Counted from the first letter of the stretch, positions 50,600-64,000 are shown. The stretch: 64,000 bases of DNA from Octopus bimaculoides (GCF_001194135.2 NC_068990.1:13666975-13730974); one strand, 5' to 3'. The notes: generated by a model from the letters alone, not told the origin. A program made the numbers and translations.

Positions 50600-53170
50600 C
50601 TGTAGTACAGAAGCGTAGAAACGGGCGTCATATTCTTACTGCTGAACAAAAAATAAATAAGATAAGTGGAAAAAGGAATTCAAGAAGATAGCAATACAAT
50701 AATTAATAGCGACAGAAGCAGTATTAATACCAAAAGGCAATCTTTGTTAGAGATAAAGTACTGGAATGTTATATAAGAAGTGAGCCAAAGAAGTGAGGAT
50801 TCAAGAAAAGAATGCTGAATGGGTGGAATAACATGCGAGTATTTGAACTCAGTGAACAGCAGATAGAAGGTTAAATATTGTAAATCAGAAATGAAAAATA
50901 AGTCTCTGTCATAGAAATTAAAGATATATAGAGAAGGAAATTTCAGAGAATCAGGAGAGTGCGACTATCGTAAACAGCAACACTCGCAGTTGAAAGTATG
51001 GCAAAAGAAAGCGTCCAAAAGTCAGGAATTCGGGGAGATTAACTTTGGAGAAGACTAACTAAAAATCGTCAAAAACTGAGGTAGAAACTGAAGGAAATGG
51101 AGGCCCTAAAATCAGTTAAATTAAGAACAGTGGATGAAATGATAGTACAAAACCAAAATGCAGAAGAAAGAAAGCTATTTTGAGAGAAATTTAGGGAAAA
51201 TGCCAACTATAATAATAAAGCACTATAGATAAGGCAAGTGAAAAAGTACATTGAAATGTTGAGGTGCAGATAGATGTTACCACTACAAAAGCATATATAT
51301 AGAAGTATGTATAAAATGTAGGAAATTGAAAAGCAAGGAGATCGGCCTTGGCTCATGTTTATTGGTTGATAACGTTTACGAGCCTCCATGAAACCATAGC
51401 GATACAACTAAATGAATGTGTTTGAAAGAACGAAATACCATTGTGACAAAAATAAGGAAGAACTTGCCTAATACTGAGAGACAAGCTGAAAAGAAATACT
51501 GTTTTGGATTACGCGTCTTTCTAATTTTGTAGAAATTCTTATCAGGGATAATTTCGGAAGACGTAAACCAACACACATCTGGAAAATACCTTCTGCCTGA
51601 CGAATGGAAAGGCTTTCGAAATAAGTGCCAAAAAACTAAGGACCAATTAATGATTTACAAGATAGTCTTGAGAAATTGCAAAAAGAGATAGACAGTTTGA
51701 TGCGTTGCGTGGATCGATTATAGAAAGGCTTGCCAGCTAGCTCTGCACTTGTCGATCAAAAATATGCTGAGAACACGTCAAGATTTCAAAAATGAAAAGA
51801 TTAACAGACAAACGGATCAGAACAAGATCTTTCATGAGGTGAGCCTCTCTCTCACCTTTTGTTTATAATTTCATTGATCCCATTCTCTACCCTACCAAAC
51901 AAAACCAAAAGAAAAAATTAATACTTATTTGGAAAGAACAGATAAAAATTAATTAGTTTCTATGTGTAGAAGATTTAAATATTTATTTCTACATTTTGAT
52001 ACTACACTTTCATTTAAGCCAAAAGGCCGAAAAGTGATTTAAATATCTATTCGAAAAACAATACACAAAAAAATACTAAACTGGATTCTAAATTTCCCCC
52101 AAGACACTTGAAGTAGGCTGGAGGGTATATCAGCCGAAACGTTGTGTTAACAACAAACACGATGAGGACAAATATCCGTCGAATGTAAATAATGTAAATA
52201 ATGTAAATAATTAACTGGACTCGTTAGTGCAAATTGTAAGAATATTTAGCAGCAATTTTGGAATAAAAAATTAGGAATTGAAAAATGTCAAATGATGGAG
52301 ATGAATCAGGGTGAATCTAACAAAGTACTGGGATAGAAGATGAGGATGTAAAAATAATTCAACGTCGAAGAAACTTATTAATATCTGGTAAAACTGGATG
52401 GTAACAAAACCAAAATTATAGAAATAGAGAAAATCCCCTGCGAAAAATACTTTCTCAGAAAGATTATAAAATCCAAATAGGATACGGAAAAATGATGCTG
52501 ACATTTAACATGATGGCAGTATCCATAATAAGGTGTGGAGCAGGAATTCTTGAATTGAGGAAGGGTAAAATAAAGGATATCGACTAGTAAACTAGAAAGA
52601 AGTATCACCTATCTGAAACAGAGCGGTTATACTGGAAAAAGCAGAAGAAGGTTAATGAGTATCATAGAGTTAGTAAAAGAGAAGAAAAGGCTTTCTTTCA
52701 AGAAGGAAAAGTAACACTCCCTAAGGAGATAATATTGAAGAATTCTTTGCAAAATGTGCAGAAACCAAAAAGAGAAAACAGGAAAGTGTGTAAAAGGGGA
52801 AATCAAGACTTAGAGGGGAAAAAGGCTTCTTCACTCAGGAAATCAAACGAAATAAGAGACGTAAAGGACAGCTAAAGAAAAGATTAAACAAAAAGATTGA
52901 AGAAATTTTCTTGACAACAAAGGAAGATGGGTTAACAGTAAATTGGATTAAGGAAAGTATAGAACAGCAGAACTGCTTACGCAAATGGAAGATGTGTAAT
53001 CAACCCATTTCTCATACTGAACTGAAATGTCCGTAAAATGCAAAACTGTAAGCATGAGAAGAATACAGCAATGATACACAAATATTTTGCCAGTTCTTTG
53101 GCTTTGCATGCCCAGGTAAAAAGCAATAGCCACTTGATGGAAATGAAATGCAAGATTCGGAAAACGATAG
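50600..53170 (+). pseudogene. long decayed Dong/R4 LINE ORF with collinear RT motifs
   Basis: In order: YWLITFTSLHETIAIQLNEC, GRTCLILRDK, LLPDEWKGFRNKCQKTKDQLMI...AWIDYRKA, DLNIYSKN, LDSLVQIVRIFSS, AVSIIRCGAGILE; multiple stops and frameshifts. Confidence 0.85.
52068..52210 (+). mobile_element. 5'-truncated copy of the HHR-bearing SINE, inserted in LINE RT
   Basis: 52091-52210 matches 14156-14266 closely; core mutated to TTGAAGT; tail (AATGTAAAT)n. Confidence 0.9.
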
Positions 53171-53529
53171 AGTGAGCTTGATGTGGGAGTTTCCTTTATA
53201 AATTAAACGAAAAACTGGTATATTATTTTATGCATTGACGGCTGGAAAAATGTACGTATTGTAATTGACGTGGCTTGCCCTTCTAACACCAAAGTTAAAG
53301 CAAGGGAAAACATAAAATATTGCATCAATTTGACCTTTAAATTTTTGGAAAAAAGTGTGGATTATACTCGAGGATTTACGGTATATAAAGTTATAAAAGA
53401 GTAGACTTAGGAAAGTTTAGTTTTAAAAAGTGGTAGATTAATGAAAACAAGATACGTAACAAACATTAAATTGAGGAATAACGCAAGAAAATGAAGGCAA
53501 ATAGGAACAAAATTGAGCTGACGTGTCAT

Positions 53530-53935
<406 letters not shown>

Positions 53936-54499
53936 TGGTAGATAGATTTTGAAGATTAATTCAGCATTAGTGGGACATACTCGTTAAAATTATCTAATGA
54001 TGAAGAATATAGGAGAAGAGAAAGGAACGTCTTGAACATAATGAATACATATATCCTAATAGTTGGAGACTAAAACTGTGCTGACACATCTAGAGTAAAG
54101 TATTATTATATTCTATATTTCAACTCCGATAAGACGCAATATAATTAACTTCATTTAATTGCGCTCAGAAGAATATTCATCTCCCACGGTTATTATGATG
54201 AAAATTCTCTATCACAAAATTGAATATTAAAGTTTATTAAAGAAGAAAGTGCTTGGCGTTATGGTTAGATAGTTCGGTTCAGTATTATGAATTGTGGGTA
54301 TGATTATTTTGTTGGGTAGTGCGTTGTGAGCTTGAACCAGTAAAATGTATAATGCATTTACTAATTCTTTTAGGTATATATACTGTAGCAAGTAACTAAA
54401 CAGCCGCTGAACTCCTTCAGTTGAACATCGAGGAGGCGACAGCTGAAGAGTTTGTGAGTTGCAGCAACATTTGATTTGATCTCGTTACAGCCGAGAAAG

Positions 54500-54582
54500 T
54501 TGGAGGAATGTGAAATGAAGTCCCTTGTTCAAGGACACAACACACCGCTCGGTTCATTAATCGAATTCACAACCTTGTGTAT
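54500..54582 (-). mobile_element. E/F-type SINE head fragment
   Basis: Minus: GAATTCGATT...GTGTTGTGTCCTTGAACAAGGGACTTCATTTCAC. Confidence 0.55.
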
Positions 54583-54702
54583 AGTTATGTCAAAGTTGAA
54601 CCTCTATTCGACGCCTTCTATGTGTTTTGAGGCGGTCTAGCGGTCTTTTCGCGATAACACAGGCACCTAAAATAGTGAGTGACTACCAAACTTAGATAGA
54701 AA

Positions 54703-54767
<65 letters not shown>

Positions 54768-55674
54768 CAGACATATTATGTACGCTAATGCGAGAGAGTA
54801 AAGTTTTGTGTCTCTCAACACCAGTTGTTCTACAGCATAAATGTTGAGACAAACAATCCAGGGAAGTTACTCGGTCGACCCTAACTGAAGGAGTCTTTTA
54901 TAAACGCATTTTTACGTAGTTACAAACGGAAAGAGACGCAGCGGTCTATGTAGTTAAATAGTTGAATGAACTCCCTTACAAGAAGGATTATAGAGTAACC
55001 TCCCTTTCTAAGTTTCTCGAAACATGTGTCATGAGACGTGATTTTTAATTATTCAACAAACTTAGCGTTTCTCTTGGAAGTTTCTAGAATGTCTAGCGTT
55101 CAAATAATAAAAACAGTTGCTAACCCTGGTCTTAGCTTTTTAGTCGATTAGACTTAGAGCCATTCATGTCATTGCTATGTCCATCTATTTCTCTACGCCA
55201 CATAACTGAAAGACACCACTTAGCTGTTATTTCTATATTTCCTATCTCTGAACTTTCTTGCATAGATTTTGATTACGTATCATCATCGACCAGTAAATAA
55301 AATATAATTTTTATGTAGTAAATATATAGTTCTTGAATGTATTCTTCATCTCTATATGAACTCTTGTAATAATATACACGCAGCCACATCAACACCTGGG
55401 ACTGACTATATATTACCACTACAGAGGCATTAGAAAATCATATCTAAAACCTTTTTATGCATGTCAGAATCTGAGATTCAGCAACAACTAGAAATGATTT
55501 CTCTAAAGATCAATTTGTATCTACAATGCCACTCAGATCTGATTCTGTCATTTACTCATTTGATTTCGCCATTTTAAACTTTATTCCTATGCAAAAATAT
55601 AAACCAAATAATCTATATATATATATCAAAGAATGTCGAGCTATTTTTAAGATACCTATTGGCATTAGATTATA

Positions 55675-55899
55675 TTCTTTTGCTCTTTTACGTGTTTCAG
55701 GCATTAGATTCCAGCCATGCTGGAGCACCGCGTTGTAGGGTTGATTGGACAAACCGATCCCAGTACATGTATTATTTTTGGTATTTATATCAGAAAATCT
55801 CAAGCCGAAGAGCTAAGTTACGTAGACGTCAAAAAGGAGAAGAAAAAAAAAACGAGAGAAAGAAATGTTAAGCTGTGGGGTGGAGTTGGCAAACACACA

Positions 55900-55939
<40 letters not shown>

Positions 55940-56405
55940 TACACACACACACACGCACACACAAACATACACACACGCATACACACGCATAGATACACCT
56001 ACGCATACACACACATGCACACGCATAGATACACATACGCATTCATACACATACACAGACATACTCACACGTACATACACACATGCATGCACGCACGCAC
56101 ATACACACACATACGCATATACACACATAGACGCACACACACACACACACACACTCACTCACACACATTTAATGAGAAGAATTTACAAAGTGATTCCATG
56201 ACCGAATGTTTTTGCATAGCATTTATTAAAAAAGGCTCTTGAGTCACTCTGTAACATCTGACGTTTAGAAATGAGATGTGAAGGTTATAGCAGAAGATAG
56301 TTGGCACTCTAGTGGAAGGCACTTGGCCAAGGTACCGTGCAGCGTGACTGAACCCGCATTCGTGCAATTCGGAAGCAAACTTCTCACCACAGAATCACGT
56401 CCGTG
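55675..56405 (-). mobile_element. diverged family A SINE with expanded (CA)n centre
   Basis: Tail-like CAGCCATGCTGGAGCACCGC at about 55712; head-like GCACTTGGCCAAGGTACCGTGCAG...GCAAACTTCTCACCAC at 56320-56390. Confidence 0.6.
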
Positions 56406-57115
56406 TATATAAAGTGTATGTATGTGTATATGTATGTATGCATGTATGTATGTATGTATGTATGTATGTATGTATGTATTTGTGTGTATGTATATCTGTA
56501 TAAACGGCGTTTTGCGCACATACACGCGCTCGTGTGGTGCATGACACTTTTGCACGTGACTTTTGAGCAATTTCACGTTTTACATAATACACACAGAAAA
56601 ACACACCATGCAATCACATTGTTTACGAAATAGATCCATGCAAATAGTCAAAGGTACTTTGTCCTTCACGCGAACACACGCATGTATGTATTCTTGTGTT
56701 TATATGCAAACACCCAAATGTAAACACGAACAAGCAAATAGATTGCACTATATTAAATTTTGAGTATTATATTTTTGTATATGTGAATTGAATCTGCACA
56801 AATCATCACAGCGATTTACTCTTTCCCCCATCTTTGGACGTTATTGGTGAATGGAACGCTAGACAAATGTTTGAAAAAAGATGTAATGGAATTACTCAAA
56901 AGCTAGTCATTTGGGAAGATAAGTGTTTTGGAGAAAATCTATCTAGCTGGTTGGCCATTCAACCGTTGTATCTAATATATAGATGAAAACAAAAATTTTA
57001 AAATGCAACAGAACAATATAAGGGTTAAAAGGAATGAGTTTTGTTGGTTAAAATTGTGAAGCAAAGACAAGAATAACAGAAGATTTGGTGGGATGTGTAT
57101 ATGTAAAAAGAGTGA

Positions 57116-57435
57116 AGGCGCGTAGCTTAATGGTTGGGATATTCGAGTCACGATCGTAAGGACGTGATTTCAATTCCCAAGAACGCGTTGTGTCCTTGAG
57201 TAAGACAGTTCATTTCACATTGTTTTTGTCCGCTCAGCTGGCAAAAAATAGTTGTACTTGCATTACAAAGGACCAGCCTTGTCACACTCTGTGTCACGCT
57301 GAATCTCCCTGAGAACTACGTGAAGGGTACACCTGATTGTGGAGTGATCAGCCACTTGTACGTTAATTCCAAGAGCAGGCTGTTCCGTTGATCGGATCAA
57401 TTGGAACCCACGTCGTCGTAATCGACGGAGTGCCA
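57116..57435 (+). mobile_element. tRNA-derived SINE, family F
   Basis: GGCGCGTAGCTTAATGG head, TTCAATTCCC B-box-like, TGTGTCCTTGAGTAAGACAGTTCATTTCAC segment, unique body ending CGTCGTAATCGACGGAGTGCCA. Confidence 0.7.
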
Positions 57436-58653
57436 TCTAAAAAATATGAGATATGAATAACGAAAAACTGTAAACATGGTTACATCAAAACACATTGTTG
57501 AAATATACGATTGTCAAAACAAAAATGAGTAAAGCTATATGAAGAAAGGAATGTAATGTGTAAAACCAGATTTAAAGTAAGATTCCATAGAAGGGAGATA
57601 AGGAGAATTGAAAACAACAGATTCACCGTTCCTAAAAAGAAGAAAACTCTCTCACACATACATACATACATACATACATATATACATACATACACACATA
57701 CATATATATGTATATATGTATANNNNNNNNNNNNNNNNNNNNNNNNNNNNNNNNNNNNNNNNNNNNNNNNNNNNNNNNNNNNNNNNNNNNNNNNNNNNNN
57801 NNNNNNNNNNNNNNNNNNNNNNNNNNNNNNNNNNNNNNNNNNNNNNNNNNNNNNNNNNNNNNNNNNNNNNNNNNNNNNNNNNNNNNNNNNNNNNNNNNNN
57901 NNNNNNNNNNNNNNNNNNNNNNNNNNNNNNNNNNNNNNNNNNNNNNNNNNNNNNNNNNNNNNNNNNNNNNNNNNNNNNNNNNNNNNNNNNNNNNNNNNNN
58001 NNNNNNNNNNNNNNNNNNNNNNNNNNNNNNNNNNNNNNNNNNNNNNNNNNNNNNNNNNNNNNNNNNNNNNNNNNNNNNNNNNNNNNNNNNNNNNNNNNNN
58101 NNNNNNNNNNNNNNNNNNNNNNNNNNNNNNNNNNNNNNNNNNNNNNNNNNNNNNNNNNNNNNNNNNNNNNNNNNNNNNNNNNNNNNNNNNNNNNNNNNNN
58201 NNNNNNNNNNNNNNNNNNNNNNNNNNNNNNNNNNNNNNNNNNNNNNNNNNNNNNNNNNNNNNNNNNNNNNNNNNNNNNNNNNNNNNNNNNNNNNNNNNNN
58301 NNNNNNNNNNNNNNNNNNNNNNNNNNNNNNNNNNNNNNNNNNNNNNNNNNNNNNNNNNNNNNNNNNNNNNNNNNNNNNNNNNNNNNNNNNNNNNNNNNNN
58401 NNNNNNNNNNNNNNNNNNNNNNNNNNNNNNNNNNNNNNNNNNNNNNNNNNNNNNNNNNNNNNNNNNNNNNNNNNNNNNNNNNNNNNNNNNNNNNNNNNNN
58501 NNNNNNNNNNNNNNNNNNNNNNNNNNNNNNNNNNNNNNNNNNNNNNNNNNNNNNNNNNNNNNNNNNNNNNNNNNNNNNNNNNNNNNNNNNNNNNNNNNNN
58601 NNNNNNNNNNNNNNNNNNNNNNNNNNNNNNNNNNNNNNGTGTGCGTGTGTGTG

Positions 58654-58705
<52 letters not shown>

Positions 58706-58934
58706 TGTGTCTGTGTCTGTGTCTGTGTGTGTGAGATTGTGTTTGTGGTTTCATATGTTACTCCCTCGTCCTCGTATGTTAGGGGTTTGCCAAAGGGGAA
58801 AATAAGAATAAATTCCAGATTTCAAAATGACGTCTTGGATCGTTTTGTTCGACCAAATCTTGCAAGGTATGAACGCAGCATATCCGTAGCCCAATGACAC
58901 AAACATGATGGAGATATTATAAGCATGCATACAT

Positions 58935-59087
58935 ACAGGAGTGGCTGTGTGGTAAGTAGCTTACATGGTTCCGTGTTTAGTCCCGCTGCGTGGCAACTTG
59001 GGCAAGTGTCTTCTACCGTAGCCTAGGAAGTACCAAAGTCTTCTGAGTAGATTTGGTAAACAGAAACTGAAAGAAATCTGTCGTATG

Positions 59088-59174
<87 letters not shown>

Positions 59175-59400
59175 GTGTGGTATGTGTGTATAGGTTTGTG
59201 TGTCTGTGTTTATGCCCCCACTATCACTAGACAACTGATGTTGGTGTGTTTACGTCCCCGTAACTTAGTGGTTCGGCCAAAGACACCGCTAGAATAACTA
59301 CTAGGTTTACAAAGACTAAGTTCCGGGGTCGATGTGTTCGACTAAAGGCAGTGATCCAGCATGGCCGCTGTCAAATGACTGAAACAAATAAAAGAATGAA
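58935..59400 (+). mobile_element. family A SINE, full length
   Basis: CAGGAGTGGCTGTGTGGTAAGTAGC...CCAGCATGGCCGCTGTCAAATGACTGAAACAAATAAAAG. Confidence 0.9.
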
Positions 59401-59424
59401 AGACTACATATATACATACATGCA

Positions 59425-59465
<41 letters not shown>

Positions 59466-59751
59466 TTACTATGTTTTAGTCAAACTATTGTATTTCCAGC
59501 TGCTTCGGAGGCAAAGATATCAACAATTGTCAAAGTGTAGTACAATGGTCTTCCTATGGGATTGTGAAACTATTTTCGCTTTTTTTTTTTTTTCTGAAAA
59601 AGCAACGTTCTGGACTTACGGCAGTTTTGCATAATAGCAACGATACATATATATATATATAAATTCTCGTATATTCCATCTTCTGTCTTTCATTGGCAAT
59701 ATATATATACATATATACATACATACATGCATACATACATACATATATGCA

Positions 59752-59787
<36 letters not shown>

Positions 59788-60687
59788 TATATATGTGTGT
59801 ATATCTATCGCCAGAGGAGGTAAAATTCGTGTGTGCGAACATCAGGCTGCTTAGTCAATTAACTGCTCCCATGCAAACACATACTAGTAAATACGTGTAT
59901 TATTCTATGATACAACCAGCTCTATCTCTTCCTATCTATAATTGCATTTCTCCGGACAACTGTTCACTAAACGGTAATTGTCTTTCGAAAGTATGAGTCT
60001 ATTGCGCTAACTGTCCAAATGTATGGATATAATGTATGGTACAGTATAAAGCGTAGTACTTGAAGCAAATCTGTGTTAACGCAACAGTAATTTATTACTG
60101 GAACTGGCTGCCAACAATGTGTTATATATATGCAAATTGATCTGTCCAATTTACTTAAGCCCTTCGTAACAGTGAGTTTATAAACAGATTGGACATTTAT
60201 AAACGTATTCTGGAAAAGCAACACGGGATTACATCTAGACCGCCTCGTAATATTTCTCTGTATAAGGAGATATTTATAAAGAAGAGGTGTCTATGCAAAC
60301 GGTGCTTATCGAATATATAGTATTACGAAACTAGATATATGTTGGTGTTTAAATTTCGGGGACGAATATTCTGCTTTTTCATCGGAGGGATTATCTGCTC
60401 TTGACTTAATGTGTATGTAGCTGAGTATTCTGGGAACAGAATCAGTGAGACGCGGTGTGTGAATTTCAAACAGAATTTCCTTAGCGAGTTTTTATACAGT
60501 TTCCATCTGCAAAAATTCCAATGATATTGATCGACCTCGGTCATATAGGAATTGACTTTTTCACTAGATTCTATGCAGAGGAATTGAACTTATGACTGCA
60601 AAGCGAAGTCCTACACCACTCAGTTTTTCAGCATCTACAATATTATGTACGAAGTAATACATAAATGTGTCAGCATATTTATATGTG

Positions 60688-60739
<52 letters not shown>

Positions 60740-60763
60740 TATATGCATTCATATATATAAATA

Positions 60764-60907
60764 GAAGTGTCTGTGTGGAAAGTAGCTTGCTTACCAACCA
60801 GGGTTCAGTCCCACTGCGTGGCACCTTGGGCAAGTGTACTCTGCTAGAGACTCGGGCCAACCAAAGGCTTGCGAGTGGATTTGGTAGACGGGAACTGAAA
60901 GATCGTC

Positions 60908-60973
<66 letters not shown>

Positions 60974-61213
60974 TTACGTCCCCGTAACTTAACGTGTGTA
61001 CCCGTAACTAGTGTGTGTATGTGTGTGTATTTCTGTGTTTGTGTCTGTTTGTCCGACGATTATCGCTTCATAACCGATGTTATGTTTAATTCACCATAAC
61101 TTAGTCTCGGCAATAGTTACCGATAGAATCAATACAAGGCTTACAAAGAATAGGTGCAGGTGTCGATTGCATGGCCGCTATCAAAATGGCTGAAACTAGT
61201 AAAAGAATAAAAG
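60764..61213 (+). mobile_element. family A SINE with local rearrangements
   Basis: A head and body, repeated CCCGTAACT motif, shortened tail. Confidence 0.8.
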
Positions 61214-61238
61214 CATATATATTGTATACATACATATT

Positions 61239-61302
<64 letters not shown>

Positions 61303-61306
<4 letters not shown>

Positions 61307-61610
61307 AATTTGCTTGTCACTTGTTTGACACTAACCAGTTGAACGTGTCCCCAAGTGGCTGGCGATATATGCGTCTCTGATTATGAGCAGGAATAGAGGG
61401 AGAACATCATAGCCATGTGTTGAGAAGAATTCTTCGGGTTTTGAATTAATCACTCCTGAGTGATTCGTTCATCATCTGGAAATAACCCTTAGTCAAGGGA
61501 TTCTTGAGCGGGGTGGGTTACTTGACATGAACAAAATTCTAACTGGACCCCATCTGAAACATCATGCGTTGTTTAGCTTGATATTAGTTGACCATGAAGC
61601 GTACATATGC
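61303..61610. mobile_element. diverged family C repeat, partial
   Basis: TTTGCTTGTCACTTGTTTGAC...CATCATAGCCATGTGTTGAGA...AAAATTCTAACTGG matches 20800-21045. Confidence 0.75.
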
Positions 61611-62090
61611 CCGCAGTCCGATAATTCACACCAGTTAAAGTTATAAAAACGATAAATGAAAATATGAAAAGATCATGGCCATCTCGCCACTTTGAAACAA
61701 AGTCTAGATTGCTTTGTGATTCTTTCGTATATTATTTCAACCGTGAAATGACTAAATTTGTTCATGTTATCACACAGTTTCATTCAGAGCAGCTAAAACT
61801 TGTCTCCACATTTCGGTTTTCCAGATTTCTGGTTTCACGTATGTGAAAGGAAATTCATTAAAACGATAATAGATTAAAAATGTGTTTACTACATACGCAT
61901 GAATTTCGTTAAAAACACAGAGAAACAAACACAAGTATTCACACAACCCAACATACACATACAAATACGCACACATATATGTCTCCCTGTCTCCTCCCTC
62001 TCTCTCCCTCTGTCTCTTTCTCTCTTTCTATATATATATANNNNNNNNNNNNNNNNNNNNNNNNNNNNNNNNNNNNNNNNNNNNNNNNNT

Positions 62091-62490
62091 TAATTTAAGT
62101 TTCAGCTCAGAGCTGCGGCCATGCTGATGCACCACCATGTTGCTACACTGTTATTACAGGGAGCCTCTTACAATATGTGGCACTTGGTGAAGAATGGAGC
62201 TTGATTTAGCAACCCTCATTTGCACCTCCTGCCGCGAGGTAGGTTCATTTGGGACTCTCGATAGGAAGACGTCCAGCTTTGATTATAAAACTCCTACATC
62301 TACTTTGTGCAGATTCCTCAGGCTCTTTGGGAGAATATTAAAAAGCTGTGGGCCCCTGAATCCCAAGCTGTTGCAGTAACTGGTCCTGAAGCGCGATGGC
62401 ATTGCTGAGATCTTTGGCACTATGCAGTGTCGTCCCGTTCTGGCATTGGTGTAGCTTTCAATGCCAAAATTTGGCACAATTCCTTCCATC
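62091..62490 (-). mobile_element. CR1-group (CR1/L2-like) LINE 3' end
   Basis: Minus translation EGIVPNFGIESYTNARTGRHC...NSLGFRGPQLFNILPKSLRNL, then (frameshifted) KLDVFLSRVPNEP, typical of the CR1-group post-RT C-terminus; 3' UTR ends GCCGCAGCTCTGAGCTGAAACTTAAATTA. Confidence 0.8.
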
Positions 62491-62491
62491 T

Positions 62492-62566
<75 letters not shown>

Positions 62567-63079
62567 TATGTATAAACACACACACTTATTATGGTAACTC
62601 TTGTTGATTTCGACGTATGAGTATTTGAAGGAGAAGACTTAAGGAAAATATGAAGAAGTGACAAAAAGGGGAAATAGTTTTTAACAATAACAGAACAAAA
62701 GAAACTGTATCTATTTGCTATGGATGTGTTAATGTAATTTGAGTCCAAGTATGGATTTCGTGATGAAGCTGTAGAGATTTTAATGGTTGTTTCAGCTTAT
62801 GCTTATACCTAAAGACAGGTCTTCCTCTACCGCGGCTTCCCTGTATTTGTTCAGCATACCACAAAAGTTTCGGAATGCGTTCACCTTTCATTTGAATAAC
62901 ACGTCCTACCTATCAGCACTGAATTCTCAGAAGTGGTACACAGTCACTGATCTCGTAGTGATCTAGTAACATGGTCATCCGCAGGACTGCCACCTTACAT
63001 TGGCAAAGATATTTTACTATAAAGTACGGTTGCTACTTAGATCTCATTCAAAGATTTAAAACTAGCTGTGACTCTCTAT

Positions 63080-63182
<103 letters not shown>

Positions 63183-63357
63183 TGAGTATGGTCGAGTAAG
63201 CTGCTATCTCTTGCCGGCAGTTGTCCAGCACCGAGGACGGGAAATTACCCAGAAACCATTGGTCTGTTGGTACTAGATTTCAGACACAGATAGTGTGTCG
63301 ATAACCAGCTGCAAAAGATGTTTTCTTGAGGTTATATATATATATTCTTCCATCTAA

Positions 63358-63402
63358 CGGCGGTGCATCAGCATGGTCGCAGCTCTGAGCTGAAACTATT
63401 AA
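63358..63402 (+). mobile_element. isolated CR1-group LINE 3' tail
   Basis: GGCGGTGCATCAGCATGGTCGCAGCTCTGAGCTGAAACT is the reverse complement of 62099-62136 with 2 differences. Confidence 0.85.
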
Positions 63403-64000
63403 ATATATATAATTAATAATATCCAAGGGTAATTAGAAATATTAGAAATGTCTACTACCAGTGGCCTAGCGTGTAAAAGTTTAGTCCATAGACTATATAT
63501 TATTCATAAAGATACAGTGTACATTTAAACACATAAGAAGTATCTATCATAGGATTCCCTCACGCTAGAAAGAACAGCTAATTTCCAAACCACTATTAGA
63601 GATAAGGGAATGAAAAATAAAAACTTTTAGCATCTACCTCCTGAACCATGGTTTCTGACTTTTTTTAGGAAATAAAATAATTTGCCAAGCGAAGTCTTCT
63701 TCAGCAGGTACACCCAGATTAAACATATATATACGAGGCAATCCAGTATATGCCCCATGCTTATACATTCTTGCAGATCCTTGTGGGCAGTAAATAAAAA
63801 AATTCTAATTACCCTTTAATAATTCTGAATAATTTTCGAATTTTTAACGTCGGAACATTTTATGTGTTTAAATGTACANNNNNNNNNNNNNNNNNNNNNT
63901 ATATATATACTCTTCTTCCTAGCTCTCCTTTGGGACCCTTCTGTCCGGCATTCGCCATGATAGATCGCTAGCCACTACACATTCTTTATTTTCTGTCCTC

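Noticed and set aside
51597-51625. CTGACGA...CGAAA hammerhead-like string
   Set aside because: Part of the RT coding frame LPDEWKGFRNK; no stems I or III

Overview
AT-rich, repeat-saturated eukaryotic DNA with many N gaps. I find no supportable host protein-coding exon, RNA gene or CRISPR array. The repeat repertoire (tRNA-derived SINEs, Dong/R4 and CR1-group LINE fragments, mariner remnants, very dense di-, tri- and tetranucleotide microsatellites) suggests intronic or intergenic octopus DNA; this is inference from remembered repeat families, not a database result. Nearly all ORFs in the track come from microsatellites or N runs; the real ones are decayed transposon fragments. Recurrent SINE families are labelled A (tRNA head, internal microsatellite, 3' tail shared with a CR1-group LINE), B (about 230 bp, alternative tails), C (unclassified, sits in (AAT)n) and E/F (shared head, different bodies). 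The most interesting signal is a set of minimal, Penelope-type hammerhead ribozyme (HHR) motifs. One near-intact motif lies in a tRNA-Ser-headed SINE (13999-14266), a second copy of that element is inserted in a LINE RT (52068-52210), an independent motif lies at 21465-21505, and degenerate cores occur in short TA-flanked or fold-back elements. Repeat boundaries were read by eye and are approximate (about +/-10-30 nt).
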